Assembly: GCA_963815215.1 (NCBI GenBank)
Contig: CAWFFU010000009.1
Coordinates: forward strand, 90,019-154,018
Origin: an uncultured Trueperaceae bacterium
Lineage (GTDB): Bacteria; Deinococcota; Deinococci; Deinococcales; Trueperaceae
Length of the DNA: 64,000 bases
Direction of reading: 5' to 3'
Under the pieces are notes generated by a model. It worked only from the letters and a program-made list of their open reading frames with translations. It made no database searches and had not been told where the DNA came from. Positions within the stretch are counted from its first letter, which is position 1, and every line of letters starts with the position of its first letter. The position numbers and the translations under genes were made by a program. Shown in pieces: positions 19,060 to 29,278 of the stretch.

Positions 19060-19533
19060 GTGACCACAACGCATCCAGCGATCGTCTTGACGACCTTCAC
19101 GTTCGAAGACGAGGCGGAGCGCTCTGCTTTCCAGCGCGACCGCCTCGACGCCGTGGCCCGCTTCCTGTTCGAGCATCTCGGGCGCTACGGCGACCCCCTC
19201 GAGCACATCGAGCGTTGCCTGCGGCGCGCCAGCGGCAGCGCCGCCACCGACGGCGGCAGCGTCATCCTCGCCGAGTACGGCGCGGAGATCGTCGGCGCCG
19301 TGGTGACCAACGACACCCACATGGCGCAGTACACGCCCGAGAACCTGCTGGTCTACATCGCCACCCACGCCCAGCACCGTGGCCGCGGCATCGGCTCCGC
19401 GCTGATGGAGCGCGCCCTTGCCTCGGTCGATGGCAACGTGGCGCTGCACGTCGAACACGACAACCCCGCCGTGGCGCTGTACCGCAAGCTCGGCTTCACC
19501 AACAAGTACCTCGAGATGCGGCTGGAGCGCTGA
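19060..19533 (+). CDS. GNAT family N-acetyltransferase
   Basis: YIATHAQHRGRGIGSALM (acetyl-CoA motif A), LHV..DNPA..LYRKLGF; GTG start inferred. Confidence 0.88.
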   Translation: MTTTHPAIVLTTFTFEDEAERSAFQRDRLDAVARFLFEHLGRYGDPLEHIERCLRRASGSAATDGGSVILAEYGAEIVGAVVTNDTHMAQYTPENLLVYIATHAQHRGRGIGSALMERALASVDGNVALHVEHDNPAVALYRKLGFTNKYLEMRLER

Positions 19534-19534
19534 G

Positions 19535-20638
19535 ATGGCCACGCTGACGCTGAACCGCGACGCACTGCTGACCAACTTCGCCGAGCTCGAGCGCCGCATG
19601 GCCGGGCACGGCATGGCCTGGGGCGTGGTGACCAAGCTGCTGTGCGGTCACGAGCCGCTGCTGCGCGAGGTGCTGGCGCTGGGTCCGTCCCACGTGATGG
19701 ACGCGCGGACCAGCAACCTCCGCACCATCAAGGGCATCGACCCCGACATGCCGACCGTCTACATCAAGCCGCCCGCGCCCGGCAACGCCCATGACGTGGT
19801 GCGCTGGGCCGACATCAGCTTCAACACCGAGCTGGCGACGCTGGCGGCGCTCGACGAGGAGGCCGCCCGTCAGGGCGTGACCCACCGCGTGGTGGTGATG
19901 GTGGAGATGGGCGACCTGCGCGAGGGCATCCGCGACGAGCAGCTGCTCGACTTCGTCGGCCGCGCCCTGCGCTTCGAGCACCTGCACCTGCAGGGGTTGG
20001 GGACGAACTTCAACTGCCTCAACGGAACGGTGCCGAGCGAGGCCAAGCTGCGCCGGCTCGGCCGCATGCGTGATCGGGTGGAGCGCCGCTTCGGCATCGA
20101 CTTGCCCTGGGTGTCGGGCGGCACCACGGTGGCGCTGCCGATGCTGTTCCAGGGTCGCGTGCCCGCCGAGGTGAACCACTTCCGGGTGGGGGAGGGGCTG
20201 TTCTTCGGCCGCGACCTGATCTCGGGCGAGCGCTTCGACCGCATGCGCGACGACGTCTTCCGGCTCGAGGCGGAGGTGATCGAGGTGCGGGAGAAGCCCA
20301 ACGCCCCCTCGGGACCCTTCGGGGAGACGCCCTTCGGCGGCGTGGGGGACGCCGGAGACGACGCAGGCACCTCGCGCCGCGCGCTGCTCGATCTCGGCTG
20401 GCTCGATCTGCAGCCGGAGTTCCTGACGCCCGAGGACGAGGGTGTCGAGATCGTCGACCTGTCGAGCGACATCACCGTCGTCGACGTGACCCGCCGTGCC
20501 GGACGCACCCGTGTGGGCGACCGACTGCGGTTCCGGCTGCGCTACATGGGTGCGCTCAAGCTGCTGAACTCCGACTACGTCGACAAGGCCGTGACGGGGC
20601 GCGGTCAGCCCGTGCCGGCGGGCCGGGGCGCGAGCTGA
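19535..20638 (+). CDS. PLP-dependent alanine/ornithine racemase-family enzyme (fold type III)
   Basis: GVVTKLLCG (PLP Lys), MVEMGDLREG, GTNFNC, VSGG, HFRVGE, SSD. Confidence 0.85.
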   Translation: MATLTLNRDALLTNFAELERRMAGHGMAWGVVTKLLCGHEPLLREVLALGPSHVMDARTSNLRTIKGIDPDMPTVYIKPPAPGNAHDVVRWADISFNTELATLAALDEEAARQGVTHRVVVMVEMGDLREGIRDEQLLDFVGRALRFEHLHLQGLGTNFNCLNGTVPSEAKLRRLGRMRDRVERRFGIDLPWVSGGTTVALPMLFQGRVPAEVNHFRVGEGLFFGRDLISGERFDRMRDDVFRLEAEVIEVREKPNAPSGPFGETPFGGVGDAGDDAGTSRRALLDLGWLDLQPEFLTPEDEGVEIVDLSSDITVVDVTRRAGRTRVGDRLRFRLRYMGALKLLNSDYVDKAVTGRGQPVPAGRGAS

Positions 20639-20645
20639 CGATCCG

Positions 20646-22223
20646 TCACGGCGCGCTCTCGCGCACGAGCACGAGCGCCCAGGCCCGGAACGGCGGCAAC
20701 TCGACGATGTCGTACCGACCCTCGAGGGTCGACGGCAGCGCAGCCAGTCCCGGCCTCGCGTCCGGGTCGGCGAAGAGGACGTCGGGAGGCTCGCGGCGCA
20801 CCCGCTCGACCGCCACCCGGAGCCCGGCCAGCGGGAACGACGGCTGCTTGCCCGCGTCCCAACGATCCTCGCTCTGCGCCGACAGATCGATCAGGCTCAG
20901 GAGCAAGCCGTGCTCGGTGCGGACGGCCCGGACCCAGAGCGTGCCCGGCTCGGCATCGGTCGCTACGGGGACCGACGCCTCCACCCGCATCTCCAGGTTG
21001 GCGCCGCCCAGGACCGTTCGCGTCACGTCGACGGCCGTCGGATCGAACAACAGGTCGCCGTAGCGGACGGCGAAGTCGTAGCTGTTCCGCGTTGCCGCCA
21101 GGCTGGCAGCGCTCAGGCGCTTGTGGTGGACGTAGTACGCCTCGGTGAGCACGGCGTCCTCTTCGCCATGGAGGAGCGCTCCGCCGCCGTGCGACCAGAC
21201 CGTTGCCAGCAGCAACCGCTCGGCGACATTCGCCGCGGCCTCATCGCCCCTGTAGGACGAGAGGTAGGCGGCCAGGATCGGCGCCTTGTCGGGCGCCAGC
21301 GCCCTGGCCTTCTCCACCAGTCCGGAGAGGTGCCGCAGGCGCTCGTGCGGCGGCCACACCTCGATGTAGGTCGCGTCCTGCCGCGCGCGCGCCGTGGCCC
21401 AGGTGGGGAAGTCGTTGACATTGTTGAAGATCAGGCGGCTGCCCGGGAGCTCGCCCGCGAGCCGGTCGACGAGCGCGGGGAACGCCGCGGCGAGATCGAC
21501 CTCGCTGCCGTCGGCCCGCAGCGCGCGCTTCGGCGCACCGTACTGGTCGAGGTGGAAGCCCGCGAAACCGACCTCATTTTGCGCCCTGCGCAGTTGCTCG
21601 GCGAGATGGTCCAGCCAGCCCTCGTGAGTCGGATCCACGTTCCAGAGGAAATCCTCCCCCAACGTCCAGGGGGATCCGTCGGCGCGGAACAGCCCGGCCC
21701 GCCGCCAGGCCGCCCAGGCCTCCCGGCCGACGGCGTAGACGGCCGCGTAGCCGATCGGCAATGCTCCGGCCGCGCGCAGGTCGCGGGCCAGCCGCCGCAC
21801 CGTGTCGAGGGACAGGCGCTGCCCCAGCGCATCCTCGAACAGGTCCTCCGGAGGCAGCAGGGTGGCGTGGCGGTACATCCAGTCGTAGAACTGCACCGAG
21901 TTGAGGTGTAGGCGGCGGGCCTGGTCCACGACGGCGGCCGTGTCGCGACCACTGGCGTAGTCCGAGACGAAGCCGTAGCGCGGCCGTTCGAACGGGTCGG
22001 CGAGAACGTCCACGGCGGTCCGTGCGCCGGCGGCCTCGACGCCGTAACCGCCTTCGGGCTGAGCGGGGAAGCGGGCCACGGTGCCGCCGCTCGGGACCGT
22101 CGCGACGGTCACCCGTCGATCGAGGTGCCACAGCGACAGCTCGACCGGCCCGGCGGCGCCACGAACCTCGATGTCGATGGCTTCGCCGGGGGCGAAGCTC
22201 GCTCGGGTCGGCAGGAGCTCCAT
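20646..22223 (-). CDS. Glycoside hydrolase family 66 (dextranase/CITase-like), no signal peptide
   Basis: PRYGFVSDY, QFYDWMYRH, GFHLDQYG (nucleophile Asp), YIEVW (acid/base Glu), YDFAVRY. Confidence 0.85.
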   Translation of the reverse strand: MELLPTRASFAPGEAIDIEVRGAAGPVELSLWHLDRRVTVATVPSGGTVARFPAQPEGGYGVEAAGARTAVDVLADPFERPRYGFVSDYASGRDTAAVVDQARRLHLNSVQFYDWMYRHATLLPPEDLFEDALGQRLSLDTVRRLARDLRAAGALPIGYAAVYAVGREAWAAWRRAGLFRADGSPWTLGEDFLWNVDPTHEGWLDHLAEQLRRAQNEVGFAGFHLDQYGAPKRALRADGSEVDLAAAFPALVDRLAGELPGSRLIFNNVNDFPTWATARARQDATYIEVWPPHERLRHLSGLVEKARALAPDKAPILAAYLSSYRGDEAAANVAERLLLATVWSHGGGALLHGEEDAVLTEAYYVHHKRLSAASLAATRNSYDFAVRYGDLLFDPTAVDVTRTVLGGANLEMRVEASVPVATDAEPGTLWVRAVRTEHGLLLSLIDLSAQSEDRWDAGKQPSFPLAGLRVAVERVRREPPDVLFADPDARPGLAALPSTLEGRYDIVELPPFRAWALVLVRESAP

Positions 22224-23308
22224 CAGCGCGCCGCCCTCTCCGCGATCAGGTACATGGCGTGCGACCACAGCAGTGGCGTGGCCGCGGGTCCCCAGCGCCG
22301 CCGCCAGGGCTCCACCATGGCGGGCTCCTGGGCGTGCGCGTCGACCTGTTCGGGGAGGTCTCCGTCGGCCGTGGCCTGGGCCCGTACCCAGGCGCGTCCG
22401 GCCGCCGCGGCACCGTGGTTGCCGGTGGAGGCGTCGTGCCAGGCGAGTGAGCTCGTGAGCAGCAACCATTGGCCGCCGCCGTAGTAGGTGTCCCCGCGGT
22501 ACCGGTACAGGCCGCCTCCCGGTCCCGTCAGGTCGCGTCGGACGGCGTCGACGGTGGCTCGGAGGGTGGGGTGGTCGGGTTCGAGCACGCCGAACGGTAC
22601 GCCGAGCCACAGCAGGCTGCCGTCGACACGGTCATCGTCGGCGCCGCGCCTGAAGCGCCCAGACACCGTGAAGCGCTCGAGTAAGTGGTCGCGCACTCGA
22701 TCCGCTGCGGCCCGCCAGGTGGGGTCGCCGAGCAGCCGGGAGGCCCCGTCGAGGCCCGCGACCACGGCGCCCAGTGTGGAAGCGTGCTCGCCGCCGCCGA
22801 ACTCCTCCCAGCAGTCGAAGCACTTCAGCCGCCAGGTCGCCTGCAGGTAGCGTGCCACCAGCTCCACCGCCGGCGCCAGCGTCTCCGGGGCGACCCGGCC
22901 TGCCAAGTGCTGGTCGAGCGCCCACAGCCAGGTGCCGTAGCCGTCGAGCTGGAAGTTGGGCCATGGCTCGTCGTCGGCCCGCTCCAGCGTGCCCTCCAGG
23001 GTGTAGCGGGTGGGCGGCATCGCCTCCGGTGGCGGCGGCGCGCCTGCCTGCACGCTCGCGATGGCGTCTTCGAACAGGGTGCGGTGCGCCTCGACACTTC
23101 GGCCCGCCCAGGCGTGGAAGGCGCGGGCCGCAGCGTGCTCGCCGGCGACGTCGAGGCCGTGCGCGCAGAAGGCGCCGTCACGCAGCCAGGCGTAGCGGTA
23201 GACGGGGAAGGCGGGGCTGGCGACGAGCGCGCCGCCGGCCGACTGCCCCTCGAGGAGCACCTCGACGCTGCGGCGCGCCAGCTGGTCCCCTTGGGTGAGG
23301 GTCGTCAT
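22223..23308 (-). CDS. Glycoside hydrolase family 15 (glucoamylase/isomaltose glucohydrolase-like)
   Basis: YRYAWLRDG, FQLDGYG, DCWEE, YRY.GDTYYGG..W, LPEQ, PLLWSHA. Confidence 0.88.
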   Translation of the reverse strand: MTTLTQGDQLARRSVEVLLEGQSAGGALVASPAFPVYRYAWLRDGAFCAHGLDVAGEHAAARAFHAWAGRSVEAHRTLFEDAIASVQAGAPPPPEAMPPTRYTLEGTLERADDEPWPNFQLDGYGTWLWALDQHLAGRVAPETLAPAVELVARYLQATWRLKCFDCWEEFGGGEHASTLGAVVAGLDGASRLLGDPTWRAAADRVRDHLLERFTVSGRFRRGADDDRVDGSLLWLGVPFGVLEPDHPTLRATVDAVRRDLTGPGGGLYRYRGDTYYGGGQWLLLTSSLAWHDASTGNHGAAAAGRAWVRAQATADGDLPEQVDAHAQEPAMVEPWRRRWGPAATPLLWSHAMYLIAERAAR

Positions 23309-24150
23309 GCTTTCACGGCTCCACTCGCGATGCCAGCGATGAACTGCCGCTGGAAGATGGCGAAGATGATCAGCACCGGTGCGATGGCGATCGCCGAGGC
23401 CGCGAAGACGAGCCCCCAACTGGTGGAGTGCTGGCCCTGGAACAGCGCGATGGCGATCGGAAGCGTGTACCTGGAGGGGTCGTTGATGATGGTCAGGGCC
23501 CAGGTGAACTCGTCCCAGCTCGCCAGGAAGGTGAAGATCCCGGCGGTGGCGAGGGCGGGCCGGGACAGCGGCAGGATGAGGCGCCAGTAGCGCGTCCAGG
23601 GGTTGGCTCCGTCGACGATCATGGCCTCCTCGAGCTCGAAGGGGATGTCCTGGAAGAAGCTGTGCAGTAGGAAGGTGTTGAGGCCCATGTTGCCACCGGT
23701 ATAGAAGACCACCAGGCCCCACAACGAGTTGAGCAGGTGCAGGTCCCGGGCGAGCAGGAACTGCGGAATCAGCATCATCATGGTCGGCACCATCAGCGCG
23801 ACCAGGATGAGGCCGAACAGGAACGAGCGACCCGGGAAGCGGAAGCGCGCGAAGGAGAACGCCATCATCGACGACAGCAGCAAGGCGGCCGCGGTCGTCA
23901 CGATCGCTACGAACACCGAGTTGACGAAGTACTGGGCGAAGCGGTTCGAGGTCCAGGCGCTGACGTAGTTGGCAGGGGTGGGGTGCTGCGGGAAGAACTT
24001 GAGCGGGATCTCGAGGACCACGGCGTTGGGCTTGAACGAGGTGGCGAGCATGTAGATGAACGGCATCAACATGACGACCAGGCCGGCCGTCAACAGGGCC
24101 AGCCGCAGCGCCATGGCGGCGCGCCTGCGGCCGTGGCTGCCTACGACCAT
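23305..24150 (-). CDS. Carbohydrate ABC transporter permease (MalG-like)
   Basis: IPFELEEAMIVDGA EAA motif; FQRQFIAGI..GAVK. Confidence 0.92.
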   Translation of the reverse strand: MVVGSHGRRRAAMALRLALLTAGLVVMLMPFIYMLATSFKPNAVVLEIPLKFFPQHPTPANYVSAWTSNRFAQYFVNSVFVAIVTTAAALLLSSMMAFSFARFRFPGRSFLFGLILVALMVPTMMMLIPQFLLARDLHLLNSLWGLVVFYTGGNMGLNTFLLHSFFQDIPFELEEAMIVDGANPWTRYWRLILPLSRPALATAGIFTFLASWDEFTWALTIINDPSRYTLPIAIALFQGQHSTSWGLVFAASAIAIAPVLIIFAIFQRQFIAGIASGAVKA

Positions 24151-25118
24151 CAGCGCTCTCCCGCAGGGCGTCGGAACAGCCGCAGTTGCACCAGCGAGAT
24201 CGCGAAGACGATCAGCGTGAGGAGGAAGGAGATGGCGGTGCCGTAGCCGAAGTCGAGGAAGGAGAACGCCTGCCGGTACATGTAGGTGAGCAGCACCTGG
24301 GTCTGATCGACGGGGCCGCCACCGGTCATCAGGTAGACCGAGATGAACACGTTGAAGCCGCCGATGACCAGCAGCACCGTCACGAACGCCACGACGGGTC
24401 GGATGGCCGGTAGCGACACGGCGCGGAAGCGGTCCCAGGCGCGTGCGCCGTCGACCGCGGCAGCTTCGTGAAGGACCCGCGGCACGCCCTGCAGCGCGGC
24501 GAGGAAGATGACCATCGACCAGCCGACGCCCTTCCAGACCCCGAGGATGCCGAGCGCCGTCATCGCTGTCCAGCGCGCCCCCAGCCAGTTGATGTTGTGC
24601 GGGATCAGGTGGAGGTTGTCGTGGAGGATCCAGTTGACCAACCCACCTTCGGTGATGAAGAGATAGCGGAACACCAGCGCGACCACCACCCAGCTCGTCA
24701 CGACGGGTAGGTAGTAGAGCGTGCGGAACAGTGCGCGGGCGGGCATGCGGGCGTCGAGCAGGACGGCGGCCAGCAGTCCGAGTACGATCTGCGACGGCAC
24801 GGTGATCAGCATGTAGAACGCGGTGTTGGCCACCGCCCTCCAGAAGACCGGGTCGTGCAGCGCGTGCGCGTAGTTCTTCAGGCCCACGAAGGCACTGGCG
24901 GCGCCGGGGACGATCGCCCAGTGGAACAGGCTGATCTGGAAGGCGCGCACGATGGGATACAGGATCGTGAGCGCGAACAGCGCGAAGCCCGGCGCCAGGA
25001 ACAGATAGGCGTAGAGGACGTCCCGGCGGCGCCGGGCCGAGGGCTTCCCGAGGCTCGCTCGGCGAGCCTCGGGAAGCTTGGCGTTACTGGAGGAGGGCGT
25101 CGATCTGGTGGGCAGCAT
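24150..25118 (-). CDS. Carbohydrate ABC transporter permease (MalF-like)
   Basis: YLFLAP, FVGLKNY, LHEAAAVDGA, MTGGGP; start uncertain. Confidence 0.9.
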   Translation of the reverse strand: MLPTRSTPSSSNAKLPEARRASLGKPSARRRRDVLYAYLFLAPGFALFALTILYPIVRAFQISLFHWAIVPGAASAFVGLKNYAHALHDPVFWRAVANTAFYMLITVPSQIVLGLLAAVLLDARMPARALFRTLYYLPVVTSWVVVALVFRYLFITEGGLVNWILHDNLHLIPHNINWLGARWTAMTALGILGVWKGVGWSMVIFLAALQGVPRVLHEAAAVDGARAWDRFRAVSLPAIRPVVAFVTVLLVIGGFNVFISVYLMTGGGPVDQTQVLLTYMYRQAFSFLDFGYGTAISFLLTLIVFAISLVQLRLFRRPAGER

Positions 25119-26325
25119 GGGTCAGCGCTTGCTGCACCGTCTCGCTGCCCTGGAAGGCCTTGGCGATCTCGGTGTTCAGCACCTGGTCGATCTGCGGCCA
25201 CTTGGGTGTGGGCGTGCGCGGCCGCGCCGTGGCGATCTGCTTGAGGTAGGTGTCGTAGTAGGCGTGGATAGTCGGAAGCCAGCCTTCGGCGCTCTTCAAG
25301 ACCGGCATCTGCCCGGCCTCCGCCATCTGGCGTTGCGCGAAGGGGCTGAGCATGAAGCGCAGGAACTCGAGCGCCGCTTGCTTGTGCTTCGACTGCTGCG
25401 TGAGCACGATGTCCTCACCGCCGACGACGCTCACGCTGCCGCCTGGACCGGCCGGGACGAGGCTGCCCGCCAGCTTGGTGTCGGGGTGGGCCGAGCTGAA
25501 GATGGCGAACATCCAGGGGCCATCGAGGGTGGCGGCGTACTTGCCCTGGAAGATGCCGTCGTAGGCGCCCAGCCCGCCGTTGGGGTTGACGATGATGTTG
25601 GGCATCTCTCCGGCCTTGTACAGGTCGACCAGCATCTGCACGGCCGCCACGCTCTTGGGCCCGTCGAGGTAGCCGGAGGCCTTGGTGTAGGTGTCGTTGG
25701 TCAGGCTGCCGCCGCCGGACCAGATCCAGGGCAGGATGTTCCAGCCGCCGGTGCCGCCCTCGGCGTAGAGGAACACGCCTTTGCGCTTGGCCGCCGCCGC
25801 CATGGTCTTGAGCTCGTCGAAGGTCTTGGGCGGCCCGCTCATGCCGAGCTTGGACAGGGTGGCGGGATCGTACACCCAGATGCGGGTGTTGGTGTCGAGC
25901 GGCAGGCCGTAGTAGTGGCCCTTCCAGGCGTTGGTGGCCAGCGGGCCTGAGAAGACGCTATCGGACAGCGTCTTGAAGTCGGGCATGGCGGTGTCGAGGG
26001 GAGCGAGCACGCCCAGGTTGGCGAGCTCGGGCACCCAGATGATGTCGGAGCGCACCAGGTCGGGGAGCTGGGCGCCGGCCACGGCCGTGATCAGCTTCTG
26101 GTGCAGGTCGTTGTAGGGGATCGTGACGTCTTTGACGGTGATGTCGGGGTGTGCCTTCTCGAAGGCGGGGATGATCACCGTCTCGAGCTGCTTCACCTCC
26201 GGGCCGTCGGAGCTGTAGGCGCTCCAGAACGTGATGGTCGTCTTCGCCTGAGCGGCGGCCGTCGATGCCAGGCCGGCGGCCAGTGCCGCCAGCGCGAGAA
26301 CCTTGAGGAGCCTTCCGTTGCGCAT
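25084..26325 (-). CDS. Carbohydrate ABC transporter substrate-binding protein
   Basis: Signal peptide MRNGRLLKVLALAALAAGLASTAAAQ; TITFW, LPDL, YGLP, PPKTFDEL. Confidence 0.9.
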   Translation of the reverse strand: MRNGRLLKVLALAALAAGLASTAAAQAKTTITFWSAYSSDGPEVKQLETVIIPAFEKAHPDITVKDVTIPYNDLHQKLITAVAGAQLPDLVRSDIIWVPELANLGVLAPLDTAMPDFKTLSDSVFSGPLATNAWKGHYYGLPLDTNTRIWVYDPATLSKLGMSGPPKTFDELKTMAAAAKRKGVFLYAEGGTGGWNILPWIWSGGGSLTNDTYTKASGYLDGPKSVAAVQMLVDLYKAGEMPNIIVNPNGGLGAYDGIFQGKYAATLDGPWMFAIFSSAHPDTKLAGSLVPAGPGGSVSVVGGEDIVLTQQSKHKQAALEFLRFMLSPFAQRQMAEAGQMPVLKSAEGWLPTIHAYYDTYLKQIATARPRTPTPKWPQIDQVLNTEIAKAFQGSETVQQALTHAAHQIDALLQ

Positions 26326-26426
26326 GCCCACGTTCCCTTCCCTTCGGATCGCGTTGGATCCCTGCGGCGCACCGGCGGCGGCGGAAGGCTGCGGCCGGCA
26401 CGGTCGATCGGTCGCTTCTTCGCGTG

Positions 26427-27704
26427 CTAGTCGACCACCTCCGTGGGCTCGGACGTGCCGGCGCCCATGCGCGCCCTGGCCAGGTTGGTGTGCCGGCCGT
26501 CGAGCGGGCCGTTGAAGGTCGCCCGGAGCACCAGGCTGGCTGCTCCCACAGCCCACTTGGTGTCATCCCAGGGATCGACCTCGACCTGCACGTCGGACGC
26601 AGCCGGGAAGAGATGGGCCCGCAGCTCCTTCTCGAACGCGGGCTCGAGCCAGCGCCAGGCCCGGGTCCCCTCACCGCTGAACAGGACCCGTTCCGGGGCA
26701 AGGACGTTGACCAGGCCGGAGACGGCGCGGCCCAGGACCGCGCCGGCGGCGCCGTAGATGTCGATGGCCCGCGGCTCGCCCGCCTCGGCGAGCGTCATCA
26801 GGCGTTCGATGCCCTCGTCCGGGCTCAGGAGTCCCGACTCGCGAGCGCGGGCGACGAGGGCGGGGTCGGCGACCACGGCCTCCAGGCAGCCGCGTTTGCC
26901 GCAACTGCACAGCGGACCGTCGGCCTGGACGCTCACGTGCCCGAACTCGCCGGCGCCACCCCGGGAACCGCGGTAGATGTCGCCTCCGGCAACGATGCCG
27001 AGCCCGACGCCGCGGCCGATGGTGACGGTGATGAAGTGCTCGTGCCGTTCGCCGCGGCCGTACAGCCGCTCCCAGATGGCCAGCGTGTTGACGTCGTTGT
27101 CGACGAGCACGGGCACGCCGAGCCGTTCCTGCAGAAGCCGTGCCAGAGGCAGGTCGCGCCAGCCTAGCAGCGGCGAGTCGAGCGTGCCGGCGGCCGCGTC
27201 GAACACGCCCGCGACGCCGATGCCGAGCCCGAGGAGGGGCGGCGACGACGGCGAGCGCGCGAGCCAGTCGTCGAGGATGGCGCCGAGCCGCTCGATCGAG
27301 TCGTCGGCCGCGGCGTCGAAGGGGCTCTCGAAGCGCTCGAGCACCTGCGCCTCGAGGTCCACGCGCACCCCAACCACGTGATCCGAGGCGACCTTCGCAC
27401 CCAGCACGGTGGCGGCCTGGCCGACGAGTTCGAGCAAGACGGCGGGCCGTCCGCCGCGGGAGGGGGCGTGCTCGGCGACGTGGATGAGCCCTTGCGCCAG
27501 TAGCTCGCGGGTGATCCCGGTCACGGTGGCGGAGCTGAGCCCGAGCCGGGAGGCGATCGTCTTGCGGGCGATCGGTCCTGCCGTTGCGATCAGCCGGAGG
27601 ATGGCGGTGCGGTTGACGTCGCGCGAGAACCCCGTGGTCGCCGTGGGGTATGTCTGTGCGCCCCGTGAGCGGCGGCGGCTCACGGCCGTGGCCCCAGGGT
27701 GCAC
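26427..27704 (-). CDS. ROK family transcriptional regulator
   Basis: NRTAIL..I HTH, GGRP, VDNDVN, GAGEFGH, CSCGKRGCLE; start uncertain. Confidence 0.9.
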   Translation of the reverse strand: MHPGATAVSRRRSRGAQTYPTATTGFSRDVNRTAILRLIATAGPIARKTIASRLGLSSATVTGITRELLAQGLIHVAEHAPSRGGRPAVLLELVGQAATVLGAKVASDHVVGVRVDLEAQVLERFESPFDAAADDSIERLGAILDDWLARSPSSPPLLGLGIGVAGVFDAAAGTLDSPLLGWRDLPLARLLQERLGVPVLVDNDVNTLAIWERLYGRGERHEHFITVTIGRGVGLGIVAGGDIYRGSRGGAGEFGHVSVQADGPLCSCGKRGCLEAVVADPALVARARESGLLSPDEGIERLMTLAEAGEPRAIDIYGAAGAVLGRAVSGLVNVLAPERVLFSGEGTRAWRWLEPAFEKELRAHLFPAASDVQVEVDPWDDTKWAVGAASLVLRATFNGPLDGRHTNLARARMGAGTSEPTEVVD

Positions 27705-27902
27705 GGGGTCGTGAGGACGCCGAGGTATGAGGCATCGACGACCGCCGCGCCACGTGCGATCGGCGCAGCGTGGCGGGGTGGGCGAGGCAGGGTCCAGCGC
27801 GTCGACACGAAGCTCTCCCGTTCACCGGTCGCGGGCCCGGGCCCGGTGGGGCCTGGGGCATACCGGTGCGTCCGCGGATGCGGAAGCTGCAAGATGGTTC
27901 GG

Positions 27903-27932
27903 ATCATAAATTTAGGTCATAGCAGAAGTCAA
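27903..27932 (-). promoter_or_regulatory. Sigma70-type promoter TTGACT-N18-TATGAT for ROK/GH66 operon
   Basis: Near-consensus hexamers in an AT-rich patch, minus strand. Confidence 0.6.
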
Positions 27933-28093
27933 CCCTCGAGCCGGGCGTCGCCCCTACCGAGTAGGACTTCCACCCACACCCGGGTCGGAGAGCCCCCGAC
28001 CCCCGGGCCGTGCCGAGCCGCTATCCCAGAGGGGACGCCCCGGCCGCCTTCCGGTGCCGGACCTGCCGGTGGTGCGTCGGAAGGGGTGGGCCC

Positions 28094-29081
28094 ATGGCAA
28101 GGAGATCGATGCTGGGCGGGCGGCGGACCGTCCTGCTGGTACTGGCGCTGGTCGCGGGTCCTGGGAGTGGCGAACGCGCAACAGCAGCCCGCCCAGCCGC
28201 CCGGCGTGGTGGTGGGGGGCAGCTACGCCGTGGTCGCGGGCCAGACGGTGCGCGGCGATCTCGTCGCCATCGGCGCCTCGGTGGTCATCGAGGCGGGCGG
28301 GACGCTGGACGGCGCGCTCACGGTGGTGGGGGGCAGCACCGTCGTCGACGGGCTGGTCACGGGTGCTGTACATGCCTACGGGGGGGCGTTGTCGCTGGGC
28401 TCGTCCGCCCGGGTTCTCGGCGACCTGAGCAGCAACTACGCCGCCTACGACCCGACCGCGGGCTCGCGCGTCGAGGGAACGGTCCAGGCCGGGAACGAGC
28501 CTCCGGTTCGCTTCGCCCTTCCGGCCGACGTCCGGGCGCCCGCGGGCCTGGCGTCGCGCGCGGTCGCGGCCCGCAACCCGGGGGACGCCGTCGTGCGCTC
28601 GCTGGCACTGGGCCTGGTGGCGGCTCTGCTGATGGCCGCTTTGCCGTTGCGCGTGGGCCGGGTGCGCGACACCATGCTGCACCACCCCGCGCGCGCCGGT
28701 CTCGACGGCTTCGTGACCTTCGTGGTCGCCGTGCTGATCCTGGTGCTGCTGGCCGTGACGCTGATCGGGATCCCGCTGGCGATCGCGGGGGGAGCGGTGC
28801 TGTACGCCACCGTGCTGTTCGGCTTCATCGCCTTCGGCGACGCCGTCGGGAGCGCCCTGGCCGCGAGGTTCAAGCAGACCTGGTCGGCGCCGATGCGCGC
28901 GGGCGTGGGCACCTTCGCGCTCTCGGTGGGACTGCTGGTGCTCCAGGTCATCCCCGTCCTGGGCGGTCTGGCCGGCTTCCTGCTGGCGCTGGTGGCGCTG
29001 GGCGCCGTGCGCAGCACCCGCTTCGGCGGTCGCGAGCCGCGCAGCCGCGAGCCGGCCGCAGCGTCGCCTCAGGGCGGGTAG
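28094..29081 (+). CDS. Secreted beta-helix (bactofilin/polymer-forming-like) plus multi-TM protein; apparent +1 frameshift at 28156-28158
   Basis: Signal peptide MARRSMLGGRRTVLLVLALVA joins VLGVANAQQ in another frame; V.GD/G.V.G repeats; TM region with TLIGIP. Confidence 0.7.
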
Positions 29082-29278
29082 CGCTACAGCAGGACGCCGT
29101 TGCCGGCCACGTCGGGCGCGTGCGGAGAGGGACCGCGATCGCACGGGCCGGGACCGGCGCGATCCTGCGAGGTTCGCGCGCCCCACGCGGCCCGTCGGAA
29201 ATCGACGGACCCGCCGGGCGTGGCGCCCGCGCATGCTCCCCTTATCGCTGCGGGCGACAGACAGGGAGGGGACCACCC

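Noticed and set aside
25084..25118. 35-nt overlap between SBP stop and permease start
   Set aside because: Could simply reflect start-codon uncertainty; both proteins look complete.
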